Shown: positions 1 to 9,534 of the stretch, one piece after another
Position numbering within the stretch: the stretch's first letter is position 1
Layout: each line of letters starts with the position of its first letter
DNA from: Cupriavidus necator
GTDB lineage: Bacteria; Pseudomonadota; Gammaproteobacteria; Burkholderiales; Burkholderiaceae
NCBI RefSeq assembly: GCF_016127575.1
Contig: NZ_CP066018.1
Coordinates: 690,001 to 722,000, forward strand
Reading direction: 5' to 3'
Length of the DNA stretch: 32,000 nucleotides
Position numbers and translations under genes: made by a program
The notes under the pieces: model-generated
The model's database searches: none
What the model saw: only the letters and a program-made list of their open reading frames with translations
What the model was told of the DNA's origin: nothing

Positions 1-543
1 ATCGTGGGCGATCAGGCTGGAGACCAGCGACAGGTTGTAGACATGGCCGCTGGAACGCGTGCAGACCTTGCCCTTCCACTTGGGATCGGCCAGGTCTTCA
101 TAGCTGGCGATATCGCCGGCCTTGACCGCGGTCTTGTTGTAGGCAATCACGCGGCCGCGCGCCGAGAAGCCGAACCATTCGCCATTGGGGTCGCGATAGT
201 TGGCCGGGATGCGCGATTCCAGCGCCTTCGACTTTACCGGCGCAAACACGCCAGCCTGCTGGGCGCGCCACAGGCGGCCGATATCCACCGTGATGAACAC
301 GTCCGCCGGGCTGTTGGCGCCTTCATTGCGGATACGCTCCAGCAGCGGGTCTTCCTGGCCTTCGATGCGGTTGATCTTGATGCCGGTCTGCTTGGTGAAG
401 TTGGCGTACAGCGCTTCGTCCGTCTGGTAGTGACGCGCGGTGTAGAGGTTGAGCACCTTTTCCTGCGCCGCAGCGGCGAGCGGCAGGGTCAGCAGGGCCA
501 GCGCCGCAGCGCGCGGCAGCAAGGTTCGGATAGTGGTCTTCAC
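1..543 (-). CDS. Fe(3+) ABC transporter periplasmic substrate-binding protein (FutA/IdiA/AfuA-like). Only the N-terminal part is present; the gene continues past the window start.
   Basis: This gene is absent from the ORF track because it runs off the window edge. Reverse-strand translation from the GTG at 543 gives MKTTIRTLLPRAAALALLTLPLAAAAQEKVLNLYTARHYQTDEALYANFTKQTGIKINRIEGQEDPLLERIRNEGANSPADVFITVDIGRLWRAQQAGVF...DPKWKGKVCTRSSGHVYNLSLVSSLIAHD. It has a signal peptide and closely resembles FutA/IdiA-type iron-binding proteins. A GGGGAG SD lies about 8 nt upstream of the GTG. The frame is open to base 1. Confidence 0.8.
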   Translation of the reverse strand, partial: MKTTIRTLLPRAAALALLTLPLAAAAQEKVLNLYTARHYQTDEALYANFTKQTGIKINRIEGQEDPLLERIRNEGANSPADVFITVDIGRLWRAQQAGVFAPVKSKALESRIPANYRDPNGEWFGFSARGRVIAYNKTAVKAGDIASYEDLADPKWKGKVCTRSSGHVYNLSLVSSLIAHD

Positions 544-620
544 GCGGATGGCTCCCCAGCATGGTTTGGGCAGCCGCCGGGGACCCCGAGGCCGCCCGGT
601 TATTGGATTCCGGTCAGCGG

Positions 621-652
621 GAAACAATATTGATTCTTGTTCAGGCGGTCAA
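621..652 (-). promoter_or_regulatory. Candidate sigma70 promoter (TTGACC-N17-TATTGT) for the iron-binding-protein gene, overlapped by an AT-rich Fur-box-like dyad.
   Basis: On the minus strand, the -35 TTGACC corresponds to plus 647-652 and the -10 TATTGT to plus 624-629, with a 17-nt spacer. The AT-rich segment GAAACAATATTGATTCTTGTTC (621-642) carries the inverted arms AACAA and TTGTT. It matches the 19-bp Fur consensus only partially, about 10 of 19 by eye. It lies about 80 nt upstream of the GTG at 543. Confidence 0.3.
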
Positions 653-764
653 ATTACATTTCTGTCATGTTGACGCCCGTTGACCGATCAATTCCAGGGA
701 GATGCCCGCACTAACGTAATCGCCCCCTGTGCGAAGACGAACCGGCAAGGCGGGCGCCGAAATC

Positions 765-1091
765 TCAGCCGCGGCGTACCCAGACCACCTTGCCAGCCTT
801 GACGCCCAGCGTGCGGCGTTGCGGGTTGTAGTCCATGGTGCCGGGGAACTGCTGGCCGTCGCGCTCGCCCAGTCGCCACGCGCAGCCCTGCAGCAGGCCG
901 ATGGCTTCGGCCTCGGGCTTGCCGACCAAGGCATCGTCGGCCAGCTTGTCGGCGGCACAGCCCTCCGGCGTGCCACGCGCGCCTTGCGGGCCGGTCGGCG
1001 CGGGCGCCGCGCAAGCCGCCAGCAGGGCCCCGCCCGCCGCCAGCATGGCGGACTGGCGCAGCCAACGCCGGATGGTTCGCTTCGCAATCAT
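765..1091 (-). CDS. Lipoprotein of the peptidase inhibitor I78 family (108 aa).
   Basis: This is the C-terminal 108 aa of track ORF 765..1628: MIAKRTIRRWLRQSAMLAAGGALLAACAAP.... It has a lipobox (LLAAC), followed by C-AADKLADDALVGKPEAEA...PGTMDYNPQRRTLGVKAGKVVWVRRG, which fits the I78 pattern (C..A..LVG...TMDY...R......G). An AGGAGA SD lies upstream of the ATG at 1091. The upstream part of the 287-aa ORF is antisense to adh. Confidence 0.7.
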   Translation of the reverse strand: MIAKRTIRRWLRQSAMLAAGGALLAACAAPAPTGPQGARGTPEGCAADKLADDALVGKPEAEAIGLLQGCAWRLGERDGQQFPGTMDYNPQRRTLGVKAGKVVWVRRG

Positions 1092-1229
1092 GTCGTTCTC
1101 CTGATGGATTTGGCGAGTATGAGGATGCTGGGACACGCGGCACACCGCGGCGTTCAGCTTCTTTGCACACCGATATGAAACTTTTGCCAGATTACGCTGT
1201 ATTGCGCACATTTTCAGTGTGGCTTCGGC

Positions 1230-1243
1230 TTGATCTGGATAAA
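1230..1243 (+). promoter_or_regulatory. FNR/Anr-type box TTGAT-CTGG-ATAAA upstream of adh.
   Basis: The site matches the TTGAT-N4-ATCAA consensus at 9 of 10 positions and is centred about 111 bp upstream of the adh ATG. A weak -10 (TATCAG, 1266-1271) sits at the spacing expected for a class II FNR promoter (box centre at -41.5). Confidence 0.35.
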
Positions 1244-1347
1244 CCGAGCTATAAGCCATGCGTGCTATCAGTGAGTAAGCGGGCCGGCAACGTCCCGCAC
1301 CACTCCACCCACCGCGCATCCCTCTGCGCCTTCCCTGGGAGCAACGC

Positions 1348-2448
1348 ATGACCGCAATGATGAAAGCCGCCGTTTTTGTCGAGCCTGGCCGGATCGAACT
1401 GGCAGACAAGCCGATCCCGGATATCGGCCCCAACGATGCCCTGGTGCGTATCACCACCACCACCATCTGCGGCACCGACGTGCACATCCTCAAGGGTGAG
1501 TACCCGGTGGCGAAGGGCCTGACCGTGGGCCATGAGCCCGTCGGCATCATTGAAAAGCTCGGCAGCGCGGTGACGGGATACCGCGAAGGCCAGCGCGTGA
1601 TCGCCGGCGCAATCTGCCCCAACTTCAACTCCTACGCGGCGCAGGACGGCGTGGCCTCGCAGGATGGCAGCTACCTGATGGCCAGCGGCCAGTGCGGCTG
1701 CCACGGCTACAAGGCGACCGCGGGCTGGCGCTTCGGCAACATGATCGACGGTACCCAGGCGGAATACGTGCTGGTGCCCGACGCCCAGGCCAACCTGACG
1801 CCAATCCCCGATGGCCTCACCGACGAGCAGGTGCTGATGTGCCCCGACATCATGTCCACCGGCTTCAAGGGCGCGGAAAACGCCAATATCCGCATCGGCG
1901 ACACCGTGGCCGTGTTCGCGCAGGGCCCGATCGGGCTATGCGCGACCGCCGGCGCGCGGCTGTGCGGCGCCACCACCATCATCGCCATCGACGGCAACGA
2001 CCACCGGCTGGAGATCGCGCGCAAGATGGGCGCGGACGTGGTCCTGAACTTCCGCAACTGCGACGTGGTGGACGAGGTCATGAAGCTGACCGGCGGGCGC
2101 GGCGTGGATGCCTCGATCGAGGCGCTGGGCACGCAGGCAACCTTCGAGCAGTCGCTGCGCGTGCTCAAGCCCGGCGGCACGCTGTCCAGCCTGGGGGTCT
2201 ATTCAAGCGACCTGACCATTCCGCTGTCGGCTTTCGCCGCGGGGCTGGGCGACCACAAGATCAACACCGCGCTGTGCCCCGGCGGCAAGGAACGCATGCG
2301 GCGGCTGATCAATGTGATCGAGTCGGGGCGGGTCGACCTGGGAGCGCTGGTGACGCACCAGTACAGGCTGGACGACATCGTCGCGGCCTACGACCTGTTC
2401 GCCAACCAGCGCGACGGCGTGCTGAAGATCGCCATCAAGCCGCACTGA
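1348..2448 (+). CDS. adh: Zinc-dependent (fermentative, multifunctional) alcohol dehydrogenase, 366 aa.
   Basis: This is a complete ORF starting MTAMMKAAVFVEPGRIELADKPIPDIGPNDALVRITTTTICGTDVHILKGEYP...GHEPVG. It has the MDR zinc-ADH signature and a GPIGL Rossmann motif. From memory it matches the Alcaligenes eutrophus/C. necator H16 Adh. A GGGAG SD lies 6 nt upstream. Confidence 0.96.
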   Translation: MTAMMKAAVFVEPGRIELADKPIPDIGPNDALVRITTTTICGTDVHILKGEYPVAKGLTVGHEPVGIIEKLGSAVTGYREGQRVIAGAICPNFNSYAAQDGVASQDGSYLMASGQCGCHGYKATAGWRFGNMIDGTQAEYVLVPDAQANLTPIPDGLTDEQVLMCPDIMSTGFKGAENANIRIGDTVAVFAQGPIGLCATAGARLCGATTIIAIDGNDHRLEIARKMGADVVLNFRNCDVVDEVMKLTGGRGVDASIEALGTQATFEQSLRVLKPGGTLSSLGVYSSDLTIPLSAFAAGLGDHKINTALCPGGKERMRRLINVIESGRVDLGALVTHQYRLDDIVAAYDLFANQRDGVLKIAIKPH

Positions 2449-2464
2449 CGGCGGCGCCTCGGGT

Positions 2465-2902
2465 TCAGCCCTTGGCCCGGGCGGCCAGCGCCTGCATGGC
2501 GTCGGCCGGCAGCGGCCCATGGCAGGTGCGCTCGCCGCCGGACTCGCTGACCACCAGCCATACCTGGTCCGGCTGGCCCTTCGGATGCAACAGCCAGGCC
2601 GGGCCGCGCGCATTGCTGCTGGGCGGCAGGTCTTCCAGCACGCCGGTGCTGGCCGACTGCAGCATCACCGCGCACTCGGTGGCGGACACGCGCGTGGCCT
2701 TGAGAAAGCCAGAATTGCCCAGCACTTCGGGCAATCCCGAGTCCGGTGCGCGCAGGAAGGAATCGACATCGAACTTGCTGGCGCCGCCGCCGCTGCTGGC
2801 ACATGCCGCCAACAGCAGCGCGCCGGCACTGGCCAGCAACACGGCGTGCTGGCTGCGCCGCGAACGGATGGTGACTGCGGGACCTTCCTGCGGATCGTTC
2901 AT
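2465..2902 (-). CDS. Hypothetical lipoprotein (145 aa) directly downstream of lolA.
   Basis: The protein reads MNDPQEGPAVTIRSRRSQHAVLLASAGALLLAACASSGGG..., with a lipobox (LLAAC). Third codon positions are G/C-rich. The ATG at 2902 lies 8 nt after the lolA stop; the track start at 2914 is a GTG inside lolA. I recognise no family. Confidence 0.6.
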   Translation of the reverse strand: MNDPQEGPAVTIRSRRSQHAVLLASAGALLLAACASSGGGASKFDVDSFLRAPDSGLPEVLGNSGFLKATRVSATECAVMLQSASTGVLEDLPPSSNARGPAWLLHPKGQPDQVWLVVSESGGERTCHGPLPADAMQALAARAKG

Positions 2903-2910
2903 GGCGGGCC

Positions 2911-3546
2911 TCACTGCTTCATCACATCGGCGCCCTTGGGCACCGTAAACCGGAATGCATCGGCCGCCAGCGGCGGGTTCTTCTGCATGCCCGTGAAGGT
3001 CAGCAGGGTGGTGTTGCCGAACGCGTCGCGCAGTTCCATGGCTTCAAGATTGCCGGCCTTGAAGCCGATGCCGATGCGCTCGAACTGCGTGTCCTTGGCC
3101 TTGGGCGTCAGCTCCAGCCACTCTACGCCGTCGCGCGTCGGGCCGTTCTTGACCACGAAGTTCTTTTCCAGGTCGTTGCTGCCGAACAGGATCGCCGCCG
3201 GGCTGGAGCCGAGTGCGCCGTCGAGCTTGCGCTCGGTGACCTGGTTCAGGTCCTTGTCATAGATGTACAGGGTCTGGCCGTCGGCCTGCAGCAGCTGGTC
3301 GTAGGGCTTGGTATAGCGCCAGGTGAACTTGCCCGGGCGCGAGAACACAAAGGTGCCGCTGGAGGTGCCGGTCACCTTGCCGTTGGCGCCCTGCCCCTTG
3401 ACCTGGCGCTGCGTGAATTCGCCGCGCGCGCTCTTCACGCCGGTGACAAAGCTCTGCAACTGGTCAGTGGCTGCGGCATGGGCCGGCGCCTGGATGGCAA
3501 ACATCGCCAGCGCGGCGCAGGCCGACACGATGATGCGGTTGCGCAT
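2911..3546 (-). CDS. lolA: Outer-membrane lipoprotein carrier protein LolA (211 aa).
   Basis: The protein reads [49 protein letters not shown]...[31 protein letters not shown]. It has a signal peptide plus typical LolA motifs and lies downstream of ftsK, as in many proteobacteria. I moved the start to the internal ATG at 3546. Confidence 0.9.
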   Translation of the reverse strand: MRNRIIVSACAALAMFAIQAPAHAAATDQLQSFVTGVKSARGEFTQRQVKGQGANGKVTGTSSGTFVFSRPGKFTWRYTKPYDQLLQADGQTLYIYDKDLNQVTERKLDGALGSSPAAILFGSNDLEKNFVVKNGPTRDGVEWLELTPKAKDTQFERIGIGFKAGNLEAMELRDAFGNTTLLTFTGMQKNPPLAADAFRFTVPKGADVMKQ

Positions 3547-3745
3547 GGTTCGGGTCCTGGTAGTTATGGAGGGCGTCGCCGCGTGTGCTGCGCCCAACGC
3601 TGTAGGCCGCTGCACGGGCAACTTGTCTGTTTAGAGCAGGCGGCAGCCGGAGGATTCCACACGGCCCGCGCTCGCGGGTAACCGGATATTACGGCAGACA
3701 CCGCGGGAACCGCGCCTGATCTGCGGCGATGTTGTCTTTTCCGTG

Positions 3746-3946
3746 ATGACATGGCTGAATGAGACCACGCAAGACAAGGTCGACAAGGCCACCGCGCCGC
3801 TCGCCACCGGGATGACCGAGATGGACCGCCGCCTCACGGATCGCCTCGATGCGGCCGATGCGCGCATCGAGCGCCTGGAAGTGCGCTTCGACAAGCAATT
3901 TGAAACCATCAACACGAAGCTCGACGTGCTGCTCAAGCGCCGCTAG
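3746..3946 (+). CDS. Hypothetical small coiled-coil protein (66 aa).
   Basis: The protein reads MTWLNETTQDKVDKATAPLATGMTEMDRRLTDRLDAADARIERLEVRFDKQFETINTKLDVLLKRR. Codon usage is strongly G/C-ending and coding-like, with heptad-like charged repeats. There is no clear SD, and a GTG at 3743 is an alternative start. It lies on the opposite strand inside the ftsK-lolA gap. Confidence 0.4.
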   Translation: MTWLNETTQDKVDKATAPLATGMTEMDRRLTDRLDAADARIERLEVRFDKQFETINTKLDVLLKRR

Positions 3947-3985
3947 CACACATCACAGGCCGCATGGGAGGAGCGCTGGCAGCGC

Positions 3986-6325
3986 TCAGTCATCGTCACG
4001 CGCGGCCGCACCGCCACCCTGCGCCAGAATGTCACGATTGCCGTTGCCCGACATCGCCGACACCAGCCCTGCCTTCTCCATATCCTCCAGCAGCCGCGCG
4101 GCACGGTTGTAGCCGATGCGCAGGTGGCGCTGCACCAGCGAGATTGACGCGCGCCGGTTCTTCAGCACCACCTCGACCGCCTGGTCGTACAGCGGATCGG
4201 CCTCGCCGCCGCCGCCGCCAATGCCGGCACCGCCGCCAAACCCGTCGCCGCCGCCGGCGTCATCGGTCAGGCCGCCTTCGAGGATGCCCTCGATGTAGTT
4301 GGCTTCGCCGGATTCCTTGAGCTTTTCCACCACGCGGTGGACTTCCTCGTCCGAGACAAAGGCGCCGTGCACGCGCACCGGCAGGCCGGTGCCCGGCGCC
4401 AGGTAGAGCATGTCGCCCATGCCCAGCAGCGCTTCGGCGCCCTGCTGGTCGAGGATGGTGCGCGAGTCGATCTTGCTGCTGACCTGGAACGCGATCCGGG
4501 TCGGCACATTGGCCTTGATCAGGCCGGTGATCACGTCCACCGACGGACGCTGCGTGGCCAGCACCAGGTGCAGGCCGGCCGCGCGCGCCTTCTGCGCGAT
4601 GCGGGCGATCAGCTCTTCCACCTTCTTGCCGACCACCATCATCAGGTCGGCCAGCTCGTCGATGACGATGACGATGGTGGGCAGCCGGTCCAGCGGCTCC
4701 GGGGCGTCCGGGGTCAGGCTGAACGGGTTGGGGATCTTTTCTTCGCGGGCCGCGGCCTCGTCGATCTTTTTGTTGTAGCCGGCCAGGTTGCGCACGCCCA
4801 GCTTGCTCATCAGCTTGTAGCGGCGCTCCATCTCGCCGACCGCCCAGTTCAGGGCATTGCCGGCCTGGCGCATGTCGGTCACCACCGGGCACAGCAGGTG
4901 CGGGATGCCCTCGTAGACGCTCATTTCGAGCATCTTCGGGTCGATCAGGATCAGGCGTACGCTTTCCGCCTTGGCCTTGTACAGCAGCGACAGGATCATC
5001 GCGTTGATGCCGACCGACTTGCCCGAGCCGGTGGTGCCGGCCACCATGCAGTGCGGCATGCGGGCCAGGTCGGCCACCATCGGCTTGCCGGCGATGTCCT
5101 TGCCCAGCGCCATGGTCAGGCTGGACGAACTCTCGTTGTAGACCTGCGAGCCGAGGATTTCCGACAGGCGCACGGTCTGGCGCTTCGGGTTGGGCAGCTC
5201 CAGCCCCATGTAGTTCTTGCCCGGGATGGTCTCGACCACGCGGATCGACACCAGCGACAGCGAGCGCGCCAGGTCGCGCGCCAGGTTCACCACCTGGCTG
5301 CCCTTGACGCCGGTGGCCGGCTCGATCTCATACCGCGTGATGACCGGGCCCGGGTAGGCCGCCACCACCTTGACCTCGACGCCGAAGTCCTTGAGCTTTT
5401 TTTCGATCAGGCGCGAGGTGAACTCCAGAGTCTCGGCGCTGACGGTTTCCTGGTGCGGCGGAATCGGGTCCAGCAGCGACAGCGGCGGCAGGTCCGAGTC
5501 CTGGATATCGGCAAACAGCGGCTGCTGCTTCTCACGCTCGACGCGCTCATGCTTGGGCACTGCCTGCGGGCGCACGATCTGCACCGGCGCCGCCTCTTCG
5601 ATGCGCACGCGCTGCACCTCGACGGTTTCTTTGCGCTCGGTCTTGGCGGCCTCGCCGATGATGCGGTCCTGCTTGCTCTCGCGGCGGGCCTTGAAGCCCA
5701 GGAACAGGGTCTCGACAAAGCCGCCGACGTGCTCGGCCACGGTCAGCCAGGAGAAATGGAAGAACAGCGACAGCCCGATCGCCAGCAGCAGCAACAACAG
5801 CAGGGTCGCGCCGGTGAAACCCAGCGCCACCTGCAGCCAGCCGCCCAGCAGATCGCCCAGCACCCCGCCCGGCGCGCGCGGCAGCGCGGCGCGCAACGGG
5901 TACATGCGGATCGCCTCCAGGCCCATGCTGGAGAACAGGGTCAGACCAAAGCCGATCCAGCTGACGGTCACGCCCTGGCGGTGCAGGCCGGGGTCCGCGC
6001 GCTCGGGCAGCTCGGCGGTCAGCGTGCGCCAGCCGCGCCAGCAGCGGCGCACCAGCAGCACCGCCAGCCAGTAGGCGGAAAAGCCGAAGATGAAGAACAG
6101 CACGTCGGCCACCCAGGCGCCGACGCGCCCGCCCAGGTTGTGGATATCGGCCACCTGGTTGGCATGCGACCAGCCGGGATCGGTCTTGCTGTAGCTGGCC
6201 AGCACGCACAGGAAACCCAGCGTGACGGCCAGCAGCAGGAACCAGCGGACCTCTCCCAGCAGTTTGCCGATGCGGGATGGCAAGGCTGAGGGATCGGTGC
6301 GGGTGGTCGTGGTAGCTCGGGCCAT
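3986..6325 (-). CDS. ftsK: DNA translocase FtsK (779 aa).
   Basis: The protein has N-terminal transmembrane segments, a linker, a Walker A motif (GTTGSGKS), a motor domain ([16 protein letters not shown]...) and a C-terminal gamma/KOPS-binding domain ([25 protein letters not shown]). Confidence 0.97.
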   Translation of the reverse strand: MARATTTTRTDPSALPSRIGKLLGEVRWFLLLAVTLGFLCVLASYSKTDPGWSHANQVADIHNLGGRVGAWVADVLFFIFGFSAYWLAVLLVRRCWRGWRTLTAELPERADPGLHRQGVTVSWIGFGLTLFSSMGLEAIRMYPLRAALPRAPGGVLGDLLGGWLQVALGFTGATLLLLLLLAIGLSLFFHFSWLTVAEHVGGFVETLFLGFKARRESKQDRIIGEAAKTERKETVEVQRVRIEEAAPVQIVRPQAVPKHERVEREKQQPLFADIQDSDLPPLSLLDPIPPHQETVSAETLEFTSRLIEKKLKDFGVEVKVVAAYPGPVITRYEIEPATGVKGSQVVNLARDLARSLSLVSIRVVETIPGKNYMGLELPNPKRQTVRLSEILGSQVYNESSSSLTMALGKDIAGKPMVADLARMPHCMVAGTTGSGKSVGINAMILSLLYKAKAESVRLILIDPKMLEMSVYEGIPHLLCPVVTDMRQAGNALNWAVGEMERRYKLMSKLGVRNLAGYNKKIDEAAAREEKIPNPFSLTPDAPEPLDRLPTIVIVIDELADLMMVVGKKVEELIARIAQKARAAGLHLVLATQRPSVDVITGLIKANVPTRIAFQVSSKIDSRTILDQQGAEALLGMGDMLYLAPGTGLPVRVHGAFVSDEEVHRVVEKLKESGEANYIEGILEGGLTDDAGGGDGFGGGAGIGGGGGEADPLYDQAVEVVLKNRRASISLVQRHLRIGYNRAARLLEDMEKAGLVSAMSGNGNRDILAQGGGAAARDDD

Positions 6326-6497
6326 GCCTGGTTAAGACTCGCGTGTAAGGTGATTCCGGATGCGTTTCGGGCCGATGCCGGCAGCGGTCAGTGGTTGCTC
6401 ACCAGGTGACTGACGGTCATCGTGGCGGCCATTTTAACGTGGCCCGAGACTATCGCACTCATTGGAATTTGCAACAGTGAGCAAATGCGGCTCCTCT

Positions 6498-7525
<1,028 letters not shown>

Positions 7526-7536
7526 GCACGCCCCTC

Positions 7537-7566
7537 CGCCGGCCGGGCCGCCACGGCCCGCCGGCG
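7537..7566 (+). terminator. GC-rich hairpin downstream of trxB with no U-tract.
   Basis: CGCCGGCCGGGCC (7537-7549) pairs with GGCCCGCCGGCG (7555-7566), giving 12 bp with a one-base bulge and a 5-nt loop. No T-run follows, so terminator function is uncertain. Confidence 0.35.
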
Positions 7567-7603
7567 CGTCCCCTGCGGCATCTCCTGCCGCCCCGCCAGT
7601 CGA

Positions 7604-7609
7604 TATAAT
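7604..7609 (+). promoter_or_regulatory. Perfect TATAAT hexamer, a candidate -10 element for the smr gene.
   Basis: The TATAAT lies 28 nt upstream of the ATG at 7637, with a GGAG SD in between. No convincing -35 is present. Confidence 0.25.
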
Positions 7610-7636
7610 CTGCGCCGAGCCCCCGGAGATTTTTCA

Positions 7637-8311
7637 ATGACGCACGGCGCCAGCAAACCCGACCGACCGCCCCAACGTTTCGGCCTGAACGACCTTGCCA
7701 GGCTGCGCGACACCCTCAAGGCCGATACCGAGCGCCGCGAAGCCGAGCGCGTGGCCGCCGAGCAGGCCGCCCGGCGCGCCCGTGAAGAGGCCGACGTCTT
7801 CCGCACCAGCGTGGGCCAGGTCAGCCAGCTGCGCGACCGCAACCGCGCCCCCCTGCCCGCCAGCAAGCCCGCCCCGGTGCCGGTGCAGTCGCGCCGCAAC
7901 GACGAAGCCGTGCTGGCGGCCTCGCTGTCCGATGATTTCGACGTGGAAAGCCTGCTGGAAACCGACGAGACCCTGTCGTTCCGCCGGCCCGGCATCGGCA
8001 TGGACGTGATCCGCAAGCTGCGCCGCGGCGAATGGGTGGCGCAGGACAAGGTCGACCTGCACGGCCTGCGCAGCGACGAGGCGCGCGAGGCGCTGGCCGA
8101 GTTCCTGCGCCGCTCGGTGCGCAACGGCGTGCGCTGCGTGCGCGTGATCCACGGCAAGGGCCTGGGCTCGCCCGACAAGCTGCCAGTGCTCAAGGGCAAG
8201 GTGCGCAGCTGGCTGGTGCAGAAGGAGGAAGTGCTCGCCTTCGTGCAGGCGCGCGAGGCCGAAGGCGGCGCCGGCGCGCTGATGGTGCTGCTGCGCCAGC
8301 CGCGCACCTGA
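7637..8311 (+). CDS. Smr/MutS2-type endonuclease domain protein (224 aa).
   Basis: The C-terminal Smr domain reads VDLHGLRSDEAREALAEFLRRSVRNGVRCVRVIHGKGLGS...LKGKVRSWL. The N-terminus is charged and Ala/Arg-rich. A GGAG SD lies 8 nt upstream. Confidence 0.9.
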   Translation: MTHGASKPDRPPQRFGLNDLARLRDTLKADTERREAERVAAEQAARRAREEADVFRTSVGQVSQLRDRNRAPLPASKPAPVPVQSRRNDEAVLAASLSDDFDVESLLETDETLSFRRPGIGMDVIRKLRRGEWVAQDKVDLHGLRSDEAREALAEFLRRSVRNGVRCVRVIHGKGLGSPDKLPVLKGKVRSWLVQKEEVLAFVQAREAEGGAGALMVLLRQPRT

Positions 8312-8324
8312 CGCATCGCCACGG

Positions 8325-8966
8325 ATGCACGTTCCGCTTGAATTGCTGATGGGGCGGCTGCCCCTGATCCTCCACATCATGGAGGTGATCGGCGTGCTCG
8401 CCTTCGCGGTCTCGGGCGTGGTCGACGCGCGCAAGCAGCGCCTGGACGTGGTCGGCACCTTCGTGGTGGCCTTTGCCACCGCCTTTGGCGGCGGCACCGT
8501 GCGCGACGTGCTGCTGGACCGGCGCCCGTTCTACTGGGTCGACCACGAAGGCTACGTGCTGCTGATCTTCGTGATGTCGTTCGGCGCCTCGTTCGTGCTG
8601 CGCGTGGTCAGCCGCGTGGCCTCGGACCGGGCCATGATCGTGGCCGACGCGATCGGGCTGGGGCTGTTCTCGGTGACCGGCGCCTCGCTGGCGCTGGTGG
8701 CGCAGATGACGCCCACCGTGGCGGTGATGATGGGCATCATCTCGGCCGTGTTCGGCGGCGTGGTGCGGGACGTGCTGTGCAACGAGGTGCCGATGATCCT
8801 GCGCGACCGCTCGCCCTACGCCACCTGCTCCTTTGTCGGCTGCTGGATCTATGTCGGCATGACCTGGCTGGCGGTGCAGCAGGAAGCGGCGCTGCTGACC
8901 GGGGCAGTGGCGATCATCGCCATGCGGCTGGTGTCGGTGCGCTACGGGTGGAAGCTGCCCAGCTGA
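8325..8966 (+). CDS. Trimeric intracellular cation channel family / UPF0126 (YadS/YicG-like) membrane protein (213 aa).
   Basis: Two glycine-rich UPF0126 repeats are present (AFGGGTVRDVLL and VFGGVVRDVLCNEVPMILR), and the protein has multiple transmembrane segments. It starts 13 nt after the smr stop. The ATG at 8349 is an alternative start. Confidence 0.85.
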   Translation: MHVPLELLMGRLPLILHIMEVIGVLAFAVSGVVDARKQRLDVVGTFVVAFATAFGGGTVRDVLLDRRPFYWVDHEGYVLLIFVMSFGASFVLRVVSRVASDRAMIVADAIGLGLFSVTGASLALVAQMTPTVAVMMGIISAVFGGVVRDVLCNEVPMILRDRSPYATCSFVGCWIYVGMTWLAVQQEAALLTGAVAIIAMRLVSVRYGWKLPS

Positions 8967-8983
8967 ACCGCACCCACCAATGA

Positions 8984-9012
8984 AAACGCCGCCCTGCAAG
9001 GCGGCGTTTCTC
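8984..9012. terminator. Bidirectional rho-independent terminator between the TRIC-family gene and glnB.
   Basis: AAACGCCGCC (8984-8993) pairs with GGCGGCGTTT (9000-9009) around a 6-nt loop. T-rich runs follow the stem on both strands (TTTCTCT on plus, TTTTCATT on minus). Confidence 0.65.
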
Positions 9013-9028
9013 TATCCTGGCCCGAGGC

Positions 9029-9391
<363 letters not shown>

Positions 9392-9440
9392 TCACGCGCC
9401 TGGCGGCGCATCGCCGCGGTCGCGGCGCTCTCCGGGTGGC

Positions 9441-9449
9441 ATTTTACCA
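9441..9449 (-). promoter_or_regulatory. Candidate extended -10 promoter element (TGgTAAAAT) for glnB.
   Basis: The minus strand reads GGGCTGGTAAAATGCC, which fits the TGnTAAAAT extended -10 pattern. It lies about 75 nt upstream of the glnB ATG, inside the 248-bp nadE-glnB spacer. Confidence 0.25.
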
Positions 9450-9534
9450 GCCCTTGGCCGCTTGCATTTCCGCCTGCCCCACAGCCAGCGCGGCCGCAGC
9501 GTTGGCTAGCGCGCATCCGGGCAGGCCCCGGCCC

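Noticed and set aside
4-633. A 209-aa plus-strand ORF at the window start, plus other short ORFs at 200..673.
   Set aside because: The minus strand here encodes a clearly recognisable FutA/IdiA-type iron-binding protein with a signal peptide and SD. The plus-strand ORF is its antisense shadow.
765-1628. The full-length 287-aa minus ORF, and overlapping ORFs at 665..1170, 729..1178 and 1249..1704.
   Set aside because: Only the C-terminal 108 aa (the I78-family lipoprotein, with SD and ATG at 1091) is credible. The N-terminal extension would run antisense through the adh promoter and the adh 5' end.
4337-6289. A 650-aa plus-strand ORF opposite ftsK. Similar shadows are 9832..11709 (+, opposite nadE), 14481..16178 (-, opposite the ALDH), 11856..12992 (-), 17101..18324 (-), 6497..7441 (-), 7444..8497 (-) and 26754..28367 (+).
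   Set aside because: All are antisense shadows of genes with clear homology. Their products are low-complexity and rich in Arg, Ala, Gly and His. This is typical of high-GC genomes, where stop codons are depleted in the antisense frame.
9438-9453. A sigma54-like element TGGCAT-N8-GC (GG and GC at the correct -24/-12 spacing) on the plus strand.
   Set aside because: It points away from glnB and into the 3' end of nadE in antisense. The downstream half lacks the TTGC core. The same bases read on the minus strand give a more sensible extended -10 for glnB.
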